Shown: positions 1-9,471 of the stretch, piece by piece
Position numbering within the stretch: position 1 is the first letter of the stretch
Layout of the letters: each line of letters begins with the position of its first letter
IMG/VR virus record: IMGVR_UViG_3300020477_001008
Coordinates: 1 to 64,000 of that record
DNA: 64,000 nucleotides
Direction: 5' to 3' (one strand)
The notes under the pieces: model-generated
Seen by the model: only the letters and a program-made list of their open reading frames with translations
Told to the model about the DNA's origin: nothing
The model's database searches: none
Position numbers and translations under genes: made by a program

Positions 1-2
1 TA

Positions 3-275
3 ATTAATATTGCAGTTGCTATGCAATCAATATGGATCGATGGATTAAAAATAAGTAAGACTTTACCTGATGAAGATTTTTTTCTTCATCAAGATTTAAG
101 ATTTGGTAATGTAGTTGTAATTAAAACAGACAACGGTTACGATTTTAAAATAATTGATCCTGACTCTTGTGGTATAGTACAAGGTTACTATGGTACTGTT
201 AAAATTGAAAAAACTTTATTAAGACTTTCTAGATTGTGGCACGAAATCAATCTTTATCAGCTTCAACAAAAATAG
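3..275 (+). CDS. Protein kinase-like protein, C-terminal part (5' end outside window)
   Basis: HQDLRFGN (HxDxxxxN catalytic loop) and KIIDPD (DFG-like position); frame open from base 3. Confidence 0.55.
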   Translation: MNIAVAMQSIWIDGLKISKTLPDEDFFLHQDLRFGNVVVIKTDNGYDFKIIDPDSCGIVQGYYGTVKIEKTLLRLSRLWHEINLYQLQQK

Positions 276-370
276 CTTCATTGCGTTCATAAGACTTATC
301 TTTTATAACAAATAGTATTAGTTTTCCTAGAGGTATGATACCTTAAATATTTACACGAGAGAGGTATCAT

Positions 371-991
371 ATGTTCGATAATAATAAAGTAATCTTATGT
401 GACATAGACGGCGTTGTTTTTGATTGGCACTCTGCATTTGTAAATTGGATGGAAATGCAAGGCTATACATCAACACAGATGAAACATCACGATGCTGATA
501 TACATTTAGAATTTGGAATTGATTATAACGAAGCTATAATTAAAAAAGAAGAATTCAATACGAATATGATAGCTTCTACACTACAGCCTTTTGCTGACGC
601 AGACATTTATATTAATAAATTATATAACGAAGGTTATAGATTTATTGGTGTTACAAGTTTTAGTGATAAGCCAATAGCCCAGTACTATAGGTATCTAAAT
701 TTAGAAGATTATTTTCCAACGGATTGCTTCGGTACAATGATATTTGTATCTGCAGGCGAACCTAAAAGAGAAATCCTAGAACAGTTCGAGGGAACTGGAA
801 TGATCTACGTAGATGATAGAATACTTAATATTAATAGCGGATTAGTCTTAGGACTTAAACCGATTCTAATGAGTCATTCATATAATTTACACTACGAGAG
901 AAACGATGTTTTACGAGCTAGGAATTGGAAACAGTTATACGACCACATCAAGAATTTAGAACAACCTAAAAAAATAGACGACAAAAAGTAA
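371..991 (+). CDS. HAD-superfamily 5'-nucleotidase/phosphatase (T4 30.2-like)
   Basis: ILCDIDGV motif I, YVDDR motif IV; SD GAGAGG. Confidence 0.8.
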   Translation: MFDNNKVILCDIDGVVFDWHSAFVNWMEMQGYTSTQMKHHDADIHLEFGIDYNEAIIKKEEFNTNMIASTLQPFADADIYINKLYNEGYRFIGVTSFSDKPIAQYYRYLNLEDYFPTDCFGTMIFVSAGEPKREILEQFEGTGMIYVDDRILNINSGLVLGLKPILMSHSYNLHYERNDVLRARNWKQLYDHIKNLEQPKKIDDKK

Positions 992-1043
992 TCTCTCCCT
1001 TGTTAGTATAGCAAACAGTACTACAGGCAATTTCACTAAATTA

Positions 1044-1072
1044 GAAGCGGCTACTTCGAAAGTAGCCGTTTC
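1044..1072 (+). terminator. Terminator-like hairpin
   Basis: GAAGCGGCTACT/AGTAGCCGTTTC stem downstream of 371..991; weak U-tract. Confidence 0.5.
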
Positions 1073-1331
1073 ACGTTCAAAAAGACTTGTTTTAAGCGTC
1101 ATACAATGGGGTTAAAGCGACCGAGTGGGGTGTTAGTACCCCCGGATTTTTTGGTAATCCAATAATTAACAACTACGATAATAAATAATATTATAATAAC
1201 AAAAGGAGGCCACTGCCTCTTATTATTATGGTTACCTCCTCAAACAAAGTGTGGCAAACTAACAGCATCTCATAAATACTTTTAGCAACGATCCAATACA
1301 AAAAAATAATTTAAACCAGGTCTACCATAAG

Positions 1332-1541
1332 ATGAGAAAAAATTATTATGGCAGGCGTAGATGGAATAGCAATACTAGAAATAATAAAAACCACTCAGTA
1401 ACTACGAACAGTAATAGTAAATCTGCGTTTGCGAAATACAAAGAATTATTAGATAGAGCCTCAAAGGCAAACGATCCTATCGAAAAGATAAACCTACAGC
1501 AATCTGCTGAACATTGGCTAAAGGTTAGCAAGGAGGCCTAG
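1332..1541 (+). CDS. DUF4167-like small protein (alphaproteobacterial family)
   Basis: R/N-rich N-terminus followed by KYxxLxxxA...D..E...Q.AEHW helix pattern. Confidence 0.65.
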   Translation: MRKNYYGRRRWNSNTRNNKNHSVTTNSNSKSAFAKYKELLDRASKANDPIEKINLQQSAEHWLKVSKEA

Positions 1542-2764
1542 TGAAACCTTATTGCATAGCACCATTTGTACATTTATATCAACATAGTCAAAGTCTAGAT
1601 GATAGAGTATGTTGCATTAGTAAAATAAACAAAGCTGATGATAATAGAGATAATGGTGTTGATAATAACTTACAAAGCAAATGGGAAAATGAATATTATC
1701 AAGACATTAGAAAAAGAATGTTAGAACCAGGTTCAGATTTACCTGAATGTGCAGAATGTATTAGGTTAGAAAAACAAGGACAAACTAGCGATAGATTAAA
1801 TTTTGAAAGTCGTTTTAAAAATCAATATATAGAATTTAATACTATAACTGGTAACCAATATAACCATCCATTAGATTATGATTTACGTCCAGGAAACTTA
1901 TGTAATTTAGGTTGTAGAATGTGTAGTCCAATGAGTAGTACACAATTAAGTAAAGAATATAAAAAACATAAAGATGATTTTAATGATCTTGTTCCTGAAA
2001 CTTTTTTTACAATGGAAGATGGTTGTGATTGGGACTATAAAGAAAACCTAGATTGGATTAAAGAAAATTTGTTATCAGGTAAAACAAATAGAATTAAATT
2101 CCTTGGCGGTGAACCTACAATAATGCCAGGTGTATTAGAATTACTTGACTTTATGATTGATAATAGTTTAACACGAACATCATTATCTTTTACTACAAAT
2201 TGTACAAATGAAAACAGACATTTTGTTAGTAAAGTATCAAGGTTTACTGATGTATATTTTCATTTTTCAATAGATGGTATTGGTAGAACATTAGAATACA
2301 TTAGACATCCTGCTAAATGGAACAAAATAAATGAAAATATTAGAAAATTATCTTCTAATAAGAGTTGGATAGCACCAATGTGTAATACAACTATTCAAGC
2401 ATATAATATTCATCATTTAAAAGATTATGTTTATTGGTTAAAAGCATTAAACAAAATCAGACACGTAGAACTCAATACAGTAATAATAGATTATCCAAGT
2501 CATATGAGTTATAAAGTACTTCCAGTAGAATATAGAAATTGCTATATTGTTGATTTAATTAATGATCCTATAATGCAATGGGACGTAATAAAACAATCTA
2601 ATTTAAGAGCAAACCTTAAAACTATATTAGAAGATAAAACTGTTGAAGGTACTGATAAGTTTATAGAGCATACTAAAGCATTTGATAAAGTTAGGAATCA
2701 AAATATAAAAAATTATATTCCACAACTAGCTAGTTATTTTGGTCTTTCAAATAGGTATCAGTAA
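1541..2764 (+). CDS. Radical SAM protein with N-terminal SPASM/Twitch-like Cys cluster
   Basis: CNLGCRMC (CxxxCxxC), GGEP, N-terminal CxxP...CC...CxxC. Confidence 0.9.
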   Translation: MKPYCIAPFVHLYQHSQSLDDRVCCISKINKADDNRDNGVDNNLQSKWENEYYQDIRKRMLEPGSDLPECAECIRLEKQGQTSDRLNFESRFKNQYIEFNTITGNQYNHPLDYDLRPGNLCNLGCRMCSPMSSTQLSKEYKKHKDDFNDLVPETFFTMEDGCDWDYKENLDWIKENLLSGKTNRIKFLGGEPTIMPGVLELLDFMIDNSLTRTSLSFTTNCTNENRHFVSKVSRFTDVYFHFSIDGIGRTLEYIRHPAKWNKINENIRKLSSNKSWIAPMCNTTIQAYNIHHLKDYVYWLKALNKIRHVELNTVIIDYPSHMSYKVLPVEYRNCYIVDLINDPIMQWDVIKQSNLRANLKTILEDKTVEGTDKFIEHTKAFDKVRNQNIKNYIPQLASYFGLSNRYQ

Positions 2765-2766
2765 TA

Positions 2767-3018
2767 TTATTTCTTCTTAAATGAATCTGCTGTAAGTCCA
2801 GCTTTTGCAAATGCATCAGCTAATGAATTGTTTTGCATACTACCTGATGAAAAGTTTTTTGCAGGTCTTTCTTTCTTTTCAAATTTTCTTTTTGGCTTTC
2901 TTGTTGGTTTTATTTCAGCTTTAGGAATAGAGATAGAGGTAACTTTTTTAGGCTTTGGTGCTTTACGTTTTTTAGGAACGGCTTTTGGTATCATTATTGT
3001 TTGTTTTTTATTTGCCAT
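2767..3018 (-). CDS. Lys/Pro-rich basic hypothetical protein
   Basis: ORF abuts neighbours in a minus-strand run. Confidence 0.6.
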   Translation of the reverse strand: MANKKQTIMIPKAVPKKRKAPKPKKVTSISIPKAEIKPTRKPKRKFEKKERPAKNFSSGSMQNNSLADAFAKAGLTADSFKKK

Positions 3019-3023
3019 ATACT

Positions 3024-3296
3024 TTATTTACTTCTTCTTATGTTTTTTCGTTCAGATTCGCCTTCAATTTGATATTTTTCATTTATTGGAATCCAAAATT
3101 TTGGTGGATCTACATAATCTTCAGTATCTATTTCACTCCACATATAGTCAAATAGTTCATCTTTATCAAGTAATTCGATATTGTAGCTTTCTTCAGCACT
3201 ATTAATTTCATCCCACATTACTTCTCTGTTATACTCTACCTTTCTTTGGTAGTCCCAGTAAGCTTTAAGTTCTTTATATTCCTTTTTTGAAATCAT
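3024..3296 (-). CDS. Hypothetical protein
   Basis: ORF with SD AAGG; operon context. Confidence 0.65.
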   Translation of the reverse strand: MISKKEYKELKAYWDYQRKVEYNREVMWDEINSAEESYNIELLDKDELFDYMWSEIDTEDYVDPPKFWIPINEKYQIEGESERKNIRRSK

Positions 3297-3358
3297 AGTA
3301 CCTTTTTTACTGCCAGCGAGTGCTTATGGAAGTTTAGCACTCGCAACAATAATTTGAT

Positions 3359-3823
3359 TTAGTGTTTTGTGTCTTCGTCTTCATCTTCGTAATCACCATC
3401 GATTACGTCGTCTTCGTCGTCGTAGTCAAAGTCATCACCTTCATCATCGAAGTCGTCGTGATCTTCGTCATCATCGCCGTCATCGTATTCAAAGTCGTCT
3501 TCATCATCTGAATCATCTTCGTCATCATCTGAATCATCGTCTTCGTAATCTTCATCATCAGAATCATCGTCTTCGTAATCTTCATCATCTGAATCATCTT
3601 CATCATTTGAATCGTCTTCAAAGTCGTAGTCTTCTGGTAAACAAGCACAAGGATCATCGTAACAATCGTCACAAACTTCATCATCGTTCTCGTCTTCAAA
3701 ATCATCGTCGTAGTCTTCATCGTGTATTGAAGTTAGATCTAAATGTTCGAAAAGCTCTTCTAATTTGCTTTCGATCAAATCTAATCTTTCTTCAATAGAA
3801 TCTAATCTATTCTCGTTGTCCAT
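3359..3823 (-). CDS. Extremely acidic (poly-D/E) protein with N-terminal coiled coil and CxxC-x4-CxC
   Basis: Strong SD GAGAGAGG; D/E-dominated sequence; VCDDCYDDPCAC. Confidence 0.8.
   Translation of the reverse strand: MDNENRLDSIEERLDLIESKLEELFEHLDLTSIHDEDYDDDFEDENDDEVCDDCYDDPCACLPEDYDFEDDSNDEDDSDDEDYEDDDSDDEDYEDDDSDDDEDDSDDEDDFEYDDGDDDEDHDDFDDEGDDFDYDDEDDVIDGDYEDEDEDTKH
3531..3590. repeat. 30-bp tandem repeat encoding DDEDYEDDDS
   Basis: GAATCATCGTCTTCGTAATCTTCATCATC at 3531 and 3561, with degenerate flanking copies. Confidence 0.85.
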
Positions 3824-3918
3824 ATGGTTACCTCTCTCAAATAGTAATTTAAATGTAAAGTATGCAGTATTACTTAATGAGTGGTAATTAGGAATTACCT
3901 ACTGATAGAATGGTTTAG

Positions 3919-4653
3919 TTAAGCTTTAATGAGAAATTTTCTTATGATCCAAGCTGGTAGATCTAGCTCGTACCAACGTTCTTTATTGTCCCAGCTATAG
4001 GGCTTTGCGTGGTGTGTATTGTGTAATCCACTACCTAGGGTAATAAGGTTCACAAATAAGTTGTTCGTGCTTTTATCCGGCGTATTAAACAATCTATAGC
4101 CCCATTTATGACATATACTATTAACAGCACCAGCACTATGGAATGTTACTACAGCAGGTATTGAAATTAAAAATACAGCTATACGCCAATCAATTAAAGC
4201 TAGTATAATGTAACTTGAAAACAATATTTTTAAGTAGTTTTGATGTACAAATTTAATAAAAGGATCTCGTATTAAATCAGCAACATATTTTCTTTCAACA
4301 CTAAATGGTTTCCAAAATGTAGTCCACACTCTCCATAATGATTGATCACCGTGTGGGTCTCCTTCAGCATCAGGTACTTGGTGATGTTTTCTATGTATAC
4401 CACACCATAATACAGGACTACCAAAACAATTAAAAATACTCATTGCAATTAAGAACTTTCTTCTTAATGGTCCTGTTTTGAAACTGTTATGAGCTAGATA
4501 TCTATGTAAAGCAATTTCGCCACCTACTTTACCAAACATAATCCAACCAACAAGTGATAATGCTAACCAACTAAGATCAGCATACACTAATCCTGTTACT
4601 AACATTATGTGATTGAATAATAATATTAATTTTAACTTATATTCGTAGCTCAT
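3919..4653 (-). CDS. Membrane fatty-acid desaturase (delta-9 type)
   Basis: Three His boxes HRYLAH, HRKHH, HNTHH plus TM segments; start moved to MSYEY (4653). Confidence 0.9.
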   Translation of the reverse strand: MSYEYKLKLILLFNHIMLVTGLVYADLSWLALSLVGWIMFGKVGGEIALHRYLAHNSFKTGPLRRKFLIAMSIFNCFGSPVLWCGIHRKHHQVPDAEGDPHGDQSLWRVWTTFWKPFSVERKYVADLIRDPFIKFVHQNYLKILFSSYIILALIDWRIAVFLISIPAVVTFHSAGAVNSICHKWGYRLFNTPDKSTNNLFVNLITLGSGLHNTHHAKPYSWDNKERWYELDLPAWIIRKFLIKA

Positions 4654-5302
4654 TTTTGTATACCTTATTTGTAGCATATTTATTTGTACTAGCTTCAATA
4701 AGCTTCTGGTGTGCTGATTCTACTACTTTACCTGCTATAAATCCTACAATACGATCGTCATCAATTCCTTCTTTAACATCAACGCCGTGTGGCTGTGTAC
4801 AATTATTAATTAAAAATGCATCTGTATCTTCTGGTATATTACAAAAATGTTTAGGTTGTTTACTCATATCTTTGCTGTAATCATATTCATTACACATATA
4901 CAAAGTATCTCGTGAACCAGTTACAATAAATCTATATCCAATTGGCTCATTAGACATTTGATGATCTAACATCTCTTGAGTAATTGTCATATGATGTTTG
5001 TATGGTGCTTCGGTTTTATTTCCATCAACGTGAGGTGCAACGTTTCCAGTTGACCTAGCTAGTCTTACATAAAATTTATGTTCAAAAGGAAAGTATGTAT
5101 CTATCCATTCTAATAGCTCAGGATATTTTTGTTTTGCAAAATCGTTCCAAGGTTTCATATCACCTAATGGTTGACTAAAATCTTTTGTTCCTAATAGTGT
5201 TTCTTCTTTCCACCATACGTATTTTTCTGCACCAACAAAGTTATCAATAATCTTTTGTTTGTTAGGTATCGGTGGTATATCTAAGGGTGTGAATACTAGC
5301 AT
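4637..5302 (-). CDS. Putative 2OG-Fe(II) oxygenase/cupin-fold hydroxylase
   Basis: PHVD...PHGV (HxD...H triad). Confidence 0.55.
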   Translation of the reverse strand: MLVFTPLDIPPIPNKQKIIDNFVGAEKYVWWKEETLLGTKDFSQPLGDMKPWNDFAKQKYPELLEWIDTYFPFEHKFYVRLARSTGNVAPHVDGNKTEAPYKHHMTITQEMLDHQMSNEPIGYRFIVTGSRDTLYMCNEYDYSKDMSKQPKHFCNIPEDTDAFLINNCTQPHGVDVKEGIDDDRIVGFIAGKVVESAHQKLIEASTNKYATNKVYKNELRI

Positions 5303-5311
5303 TGTTCTCTC

Positions 5312-5854
5312 CTATTTCCAATCTGCTTTTGCACTTAATACTAATGATTTTATTTCTTGCTCTTGATCTATTATCCAATTAATTGTATCTATTACTGTTT
5401 TAAATGTTAGTTTAGGACCTTTGTAATCTTTATTAAATTCTGTTTCAACGTGACCCAATGCAAGGTTAGTTATTTTAACTCTTCTACCTTCAATGTCTTG
5501 TTGTAATATTTCTACTGCCGAATGTACAGCCGCTTTTTCTACAGGATACATTCTATGAACTACTTGCCAAGCAGTTTGAGGAACAGCATCAGTTCCAATG
5601 TTTATAATTAATTTTCCTTTGCTATATTGCCAATCTTGATATAGTTCGTTTAACATATTAACTTGAGAAAATCTATCGTGTGCATTATTAATGAACACAT
5701 CACAGTCTTGAACTTTTTTTATTATTTCCATTCTATGGAATATATCATTGATGTTATGTCCATTATCTCTACTAAAGCCAACTATCTCGTGACCTAAGCC
5801 ATCATAGATTGCTTTACCTATGCCTGATGTGTGTCCTGTAATGGCTACCTTCAT
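5312..5854 (-). CDS. Short-chain dehydrogenase/reductase (SDR)
   Basis: TGHTSGIG, FINNA, YxxxK (YPVEK). Confidence 0.9.
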   Translation of the reverse strand: MKVAITGHTSGIGKAIYDGLGHEIVGFSRDNGHNINDIFHRMEIIKKVQDCDVFINNAHDRFSQVNMLNELYQDWQYSKGKLIINIGTDAVPQTAWQVVHRMYPVEKAAVHSAVEILQQDIEGRRVKITNLALGHVETEFNKDYKGPKLTFKTVIDTINWIIDQEQEIKSLVLSAKADWK

Positions 5855-6243
5855 TTTTTATTCTTATCTGGTAAGCCTCTTTGTTGAACTAAATGTTTAT
5901 CTAATGCATCTGCTGGAAAACCTGTTATGGGTTTTGGTTCTTCTAGCATTGAAGCTAAAGATCCATCTCCATACATTTCTCTAACAATATCAGCACCACC
6001 AACAAACTCTTTATTGATATAAAGTTGTGGTATAGTTGGCCAATCACTAAAAGTTTTTATTTCTTCCCTTAGATTACCATTAGTATCATCTAAAACATTT
6101 ACATCTTGAAAGTCTGTTTCAAGTTTACCTAATATTTTACAAACTAATCCAGAGAATCCACATTGTGGAAAGTCTTTAGTACCTTTCATAAAAAGTACTA
6201 CCTTGTTTTCGTCTATAATCTTTTGTATTTCTTCGTTTGTCAT
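5851..6243 (-). CDS. grxD: Monothiol glutaredoxin Grx4
   Basis: FMKG..PQCGFS, WPTIPQLY, GGADI. Confidence 0.95.
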   Translation of the reverse strand: MTNEEIQKIIDENKVVLFMKGTKDFPQCGFSGLVCKILGKLETDFQDVNVLDDTNGNLREEIKTFSDWPTIPQLYINKEFVGGADIVREMYGDGSLASMLEEPKPITGFPADALDKHLVQQRGLPDKNKK

Positions 6244-6617
6244 TAGCAATTCCTTCCTGGAAATAACATATCCGGGTACATACCTGGTCCTGGGTATGGT
6301 CCTTTATCAGGATCTTCATTAACCCAATTATTCATATTGGGATATTTTAATTTAAAAATAACAGCTTGTTCCTTGTTGTCAAATACCAAAGCTAATTTTC
6401 CTTCTTCTAACCAGTGATCAATTATTGGTGCCTGATGCTTTTCAAGATAGTTCCAAACATCGTCCATAAAGTATCTGTCTGTTAGCACAGGCATTGGTCT
6501 ATCTTTGCCATCTGGTACAATAACAACTGGTGCATTAATTCTTACTACTCTATCTTTTAATTTTTTATATTTCTTTTGCTTGTATTTAACGTTTTTCATT
6601 GTGTGTATTAATTTCAT
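6243..6617 (-). CDS. Hypothetical protein
   Basis: TAATG coupling at both ends; start moved to MKLIH. Confidence 0.6.
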   Translation of the reverse strand: MKLIHTMKNVKYKQKKYKKLKDRVVRINAPVVIVPDGKDRPMPVLTDRYFMDDVWNYLEKHQAPIIDHWLEEGKLALVFDNKEQAVIFKLKYPNMNNWVNEDPDKGPYPGPGMYPDMLFPGRNC

Positions 6618-6781
6618 TAAGGGTGTAGCCAATCCTTCCAACTGAAGTTAGCAAATTTTTGTTTGTTTTCTTTTGTTATCTTTTTTAATTGTTCTAAAGG
6701 ACTTCCTTTTTTTCTTCCACCTTTGTTCCTATGTATTCTTCTAGGCTTTCTATTAGCTGACATATTCTTTTTACTTGTCAT
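6617..6781 (-). CDS. Small basic protein (54 aa, MTSKKNMSANRKPRR...)
   Basis: Hand translation; ATGA/TAATG coupling with neighbours. Confidence 0.5.
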   Translation of the reverse strand: MTSKKNMSANRKPRRIHRNKGGRKKGSPLEQLKKITKENKQKFANFSWKDWLHP

Positions 6782-6897
6782 AATAACATTCCTATTATTA
6801 AACCTATTACAATTCCTTCACACCAAAATGCCCATCTATGAGAACCTTTTGCTGTATGTTTTTTAATAAACTCTGTTGTCCATTCTTTACTTGTCAT
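6778..6897 (-). CDS. Small membrane protein (39 aa, MTSKEWTTEFIKKHTAKGSHRWAFWCEGIVIGLIIGMLL)
   Basis: Hand translation; SD AAGGA; C-terminal TM helix. Confidence 0.55.
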   Translation of the reverse strand: MTSKEWTTEFIKKHTAKGSHRWAFWCEGIVIGLIIGMLL

Positions 6898-7050
6898 TGT
6901 GTTCCTTTATCCATTGTTCTATTTTTCGTTGAGTTATATATAAATTACTTCCTGATAGTTTAGGAACATATCTTTTTACCCAATCATTAGATTGATATGC
7001 TTCTATCTTTTTAAAAAGATATCCTGCTAAACTTTTTGAGTAATTGTCAT

Positions 7051-7968
7051 TTAAAAGACCGGCCATTGAATTGTTTCCATTTCTTCGTTCATTGATTCAT
7101 ATGCTGGTGTAAGACAAACTCTATTAACACCACTTTCTCTTTTAAACCTATCCCAAGCTGAATCAAAAGTTGTACCTAATAGATAAGAGTCGCTAGGTAT
7201 TAAATTAAATTGTGAACAAATAGCTTCTTGTTTTTGTCTATACATTTCTTTTTTATCAAACACACTACTATTTAATGTTACAGCTTTGAACACATCAATT
7301 ATTGCGTGATTAAAATAACCAACACCTTGTAGTTCTCTTTGTATTAGTTCTTCTCTTCTACTAAATCTTATTCCAGCTCTTAATAAGCCAAGTCCATATG
7401 GTTTTGATACACTCCAAAATATTTGTTTTACTTTTTTGTTTACTGGAATTTTATGTGGACCTGTTGTACCTATAAATGCTAAATCAAGATATATGTCTAT
7501 ATCTAAATCACTATTAATTACTTCTTCGTATCTTTCATCAAAACATCCTGTTGCACTAAAAGGATTGCTCATATACAAAGGTACACCATCTATTAAATCT
7601 TCTGGAGTTGTAGCAATATGTTTAGGAGTCTTAACAAATGATGAGTATCTATATTCTCCTTTAAAGATTTGATATTCATCAACCCAATTACACATAGCAT
7701 CTATACTTTCGTGAATACCATTAGTTGGGTATGCCCATTTATATTCGCTAGTATCAATTACAGGACTTAAAAACTTTCTTACTTGTTCAGCACAAACGTT
7801 CCATTTATCCCTTCTTTTTTCAGAAGATGTCCCAGTATTTTCATTGGTGCTTTCAACATAAGAACCATATTGATAAGTTAAAGCTTTCTTAATATCTAAA
7901 TCTACAGGAGAATGGATTGCTTTACTTTTACCAAACGATTCATTAGTTAAGTGAAATGTTGATATCAT
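7051..7968 (-). CDS. PLP-dependent aminotransferase-like enzyme (class I/II fold)
   Basis: SNPFSATG, YLDLAF, WSVSKPYGLGLLRAG (PLP-lysine motif). Confidence 0.8.
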   Translation of the reverse strand: MISTFHLTNESFGKSKAIHSPVDLDIKKALTYQYGSYVESTNENTGTSSEKRRDKWNVCAEQVRKFLSPVIDTSEYKWAYPTNGIHESIDAMCNWVDEYQIFKGEYRYSSFVKTPKHIATTPEDLIDGVPLYMSNPFSATGCFDERYEEVINSDLDIDIYLDLAFIGTTGPHKIPVNKKVKQIFWSVSKPYGLGLLRAGIRFSRREELIQRELQGVGYFNHAIIDVFKAVTLNSSVFDKKEMYRQKQEAICSQFNLIPSDSYLLGTTFDSAWDRFKRESGVNRVCLTPAYESMNEEMETIQWPVF

Positions 7969-8017
7969 ACTATAATTGTAATATAAATTTGCCTAAATGT
8001 CTATGGCTATTTTCTTA

Positions 8018-8045
8018 TTGACTTTTAAAATTTATCTGTTATTAT
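8018..8045 (+). promoter_or_regulatory. sigma70-type promoter
   Basis: TTGACT-N16-TATTAT with extended -10 TG. Confidence 0.6.
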
Positions 8046-8066
8046 AGTATTAATAATAATGAATTA

Positions 8067-8402
8067 ATGGATTGGTCAAACTTATTACTCGCAGTTGGAT
8101 TGGTCTACGTGGCTTACGAGGCAGGTAGATGGGCTCAAAGAGAAGATTTTAAAAGAGATGCTGAAATTCACGTAATGATAATGAAAGCATTTGAAAAAGC
8201 ACAACAACAGAACCATTATCAAAGTATTGTGGACCATAATGAAGAGATGGAAAAAGCAAAAGAAGATTATGAAAAGGGTAATAAGGAACTGTGGGACGAA
8301 ATTGAACAAGATAGAGCTAAATGGGAAGCAGAAGAATTAGCCAATCAAATTGAAAAAACACTAGAAGACGACGATAAAAAAGATGACGATAGAACCAATT
8401 AA
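8067..8402 (+). CDS. Hypothetical protein, N-terminal TM plus coiled coil
   Basis: ORF downstream of promoter. Confidence 0.65.
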   Translation: MDWSNLLLAVGLVYVAYEAGRWAQREDFKRDAEIHVMIMKAFEKAQQQNHYQSIVDHNEEMEKAKEDYEKGNKELWDEIEQDRAKWEAEELANQIEKTLEDDDKKDDDRTN

Positions 8403-8703
8403 AGAGAAACTAGACGAAAAGATTAAACGATTAAACTCATCAAGGGTAGTGAAGAAAGTGACACCTAAGGGCGATTTATCTTGGTATGTGAAATGGATAT
8501 CAGTATTTCTTATACTGTTCGCCACAGTGGCTAGAAGTGTAGGTAGTTTGCCACAATACGATATGTGGTTTGGATTGTTTGGTACATTAGGTTGGGCTTG
8601 GGTTGGATATCTATGGCACGACAGAGCATTATTGGTTTTAAATTCTATTTTGGTTACATTATTAATAATAGGACTTGCAAATTTCTATTTTGGAGTGATA
8701 TAG
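8383..8703 (+). CDS. Small multi-pass membrane protein (DUF6552-like)
   Basis: WYVKW...WHDRALLVLN; three TM segments. Confidence 0.6.
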   Translation: MTIEPIKEKLDEKIKRLNSSRVVKKVTPKGDLSWYVKWISVFLILFATVARSVGSLPQYDMWFGLFGTLGWAWVGYLWHDRALLVLNSILVTLLIIGLANFYFGVI

Positions 8704-9023
8704 ATCTTTGTTTAAGCTATTTTACATCCTATTTCCAGCAATTTCCATAGTAATGATCTTTATTTTCCTATATTTCTATGCTGATGTTATGGCTTTGTAC
8801 TTTAATGATCTTTTTGCTAATTCTAGCAATAATGAGGTATGTATGGTAAGTAATCTTATATGCTAAACAAGAAAATGATAACAATGATCTTTGCATTAAC
8901 ATTGATAATGGGTTGCGTAAAGAACAATATTCCAGAACAATTTCAAGATGATAAAAACCCTAAACCAGTTATGTACGAAAGAACACAAATTTAGGTCGTA
9001 ATTAACCCTATTTTATCATATAC

Positions 9024-9031
9024 TATAAATA
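9024..9031 (+). promoter_or_regulatory. T4-type late promoter
   Basis: Perfect TATAAATA 5 nt before ATG 9037. Confidence 0.65.
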
Positions 9032-9036
9032 ATAAT

Positions 9037-9180
9037 ATGCAACAGGAAGAAAACTTAATCGAATGTGTATGTAATTGCGGTTGCGAACATCATTGCGAAG
9101 AACCTTGTACAGAGTGTTTGAAATGCGATGATTGTGATTGTCAATGTGGATGCCAATGTGGCCCAGAGGAAGACGAATAG
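9037..9180 (+). CDS. Metallothionein-like Cys-rich peptide (47 aa, 13 Cys)
   Basis: MQQEENLIECVCNCGCEHHCEEPCTECLKCDDCDCQCGCQCGPEEDE; missed by the ORF track. Confidence 0.7.
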   Translation: MQQEENLIECVCNCGCEHHCEEPCTECLKCDDCDCQCGCQCGPEEDE

Positions 9181-9222
9181 TCAATTAATGCACAATAATC
9201 AAACTAAATTAATCGGGAAAAT

Positions 9223-9471
9223 ATGAGTACAGGTAAACTAAAATGGTTTAATGCCAAAAAAGGTTACGGCTTCATTACCACTAGCGAAGGTAAAGACGTT
9301 TTCTTACATATTTCTGACCTACAAGCTTCAGGTATTGAAAGCTTACAAGAAGGCGAAGATTTGTCTTTTGATATGGGTGAGAATAGAGGTAAAGAAAAAG
9401 CTATTAACATAAAACAAGTTGGTGGAGAAGCACCAGCTGAGGCACCAGAACCTACAGAAAAATCAGAATAA
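9223..9471 (+). CDS. cspA: Cold-shock protein
   Basis: GKLKWFNAKKGYGFI (RNP1), DVFLHIS (RNP2). Confidence 0.95.
   Translation: MSTGKLKWFNAKKGYGFITTSEGKDVFLHISDLQASGIESLQEGEDLSFDMGENRGKEKAINIKQVGGEAPAEAPEPTEKSE

Noticed and set aside
3367-3798. His/Arg-rich + strand ORF and Met/Thr-rich ORF 3403..3720
   Set aside because: Shadow frames of the GAY/GAR repeats of the acidic gene, which has the SD.
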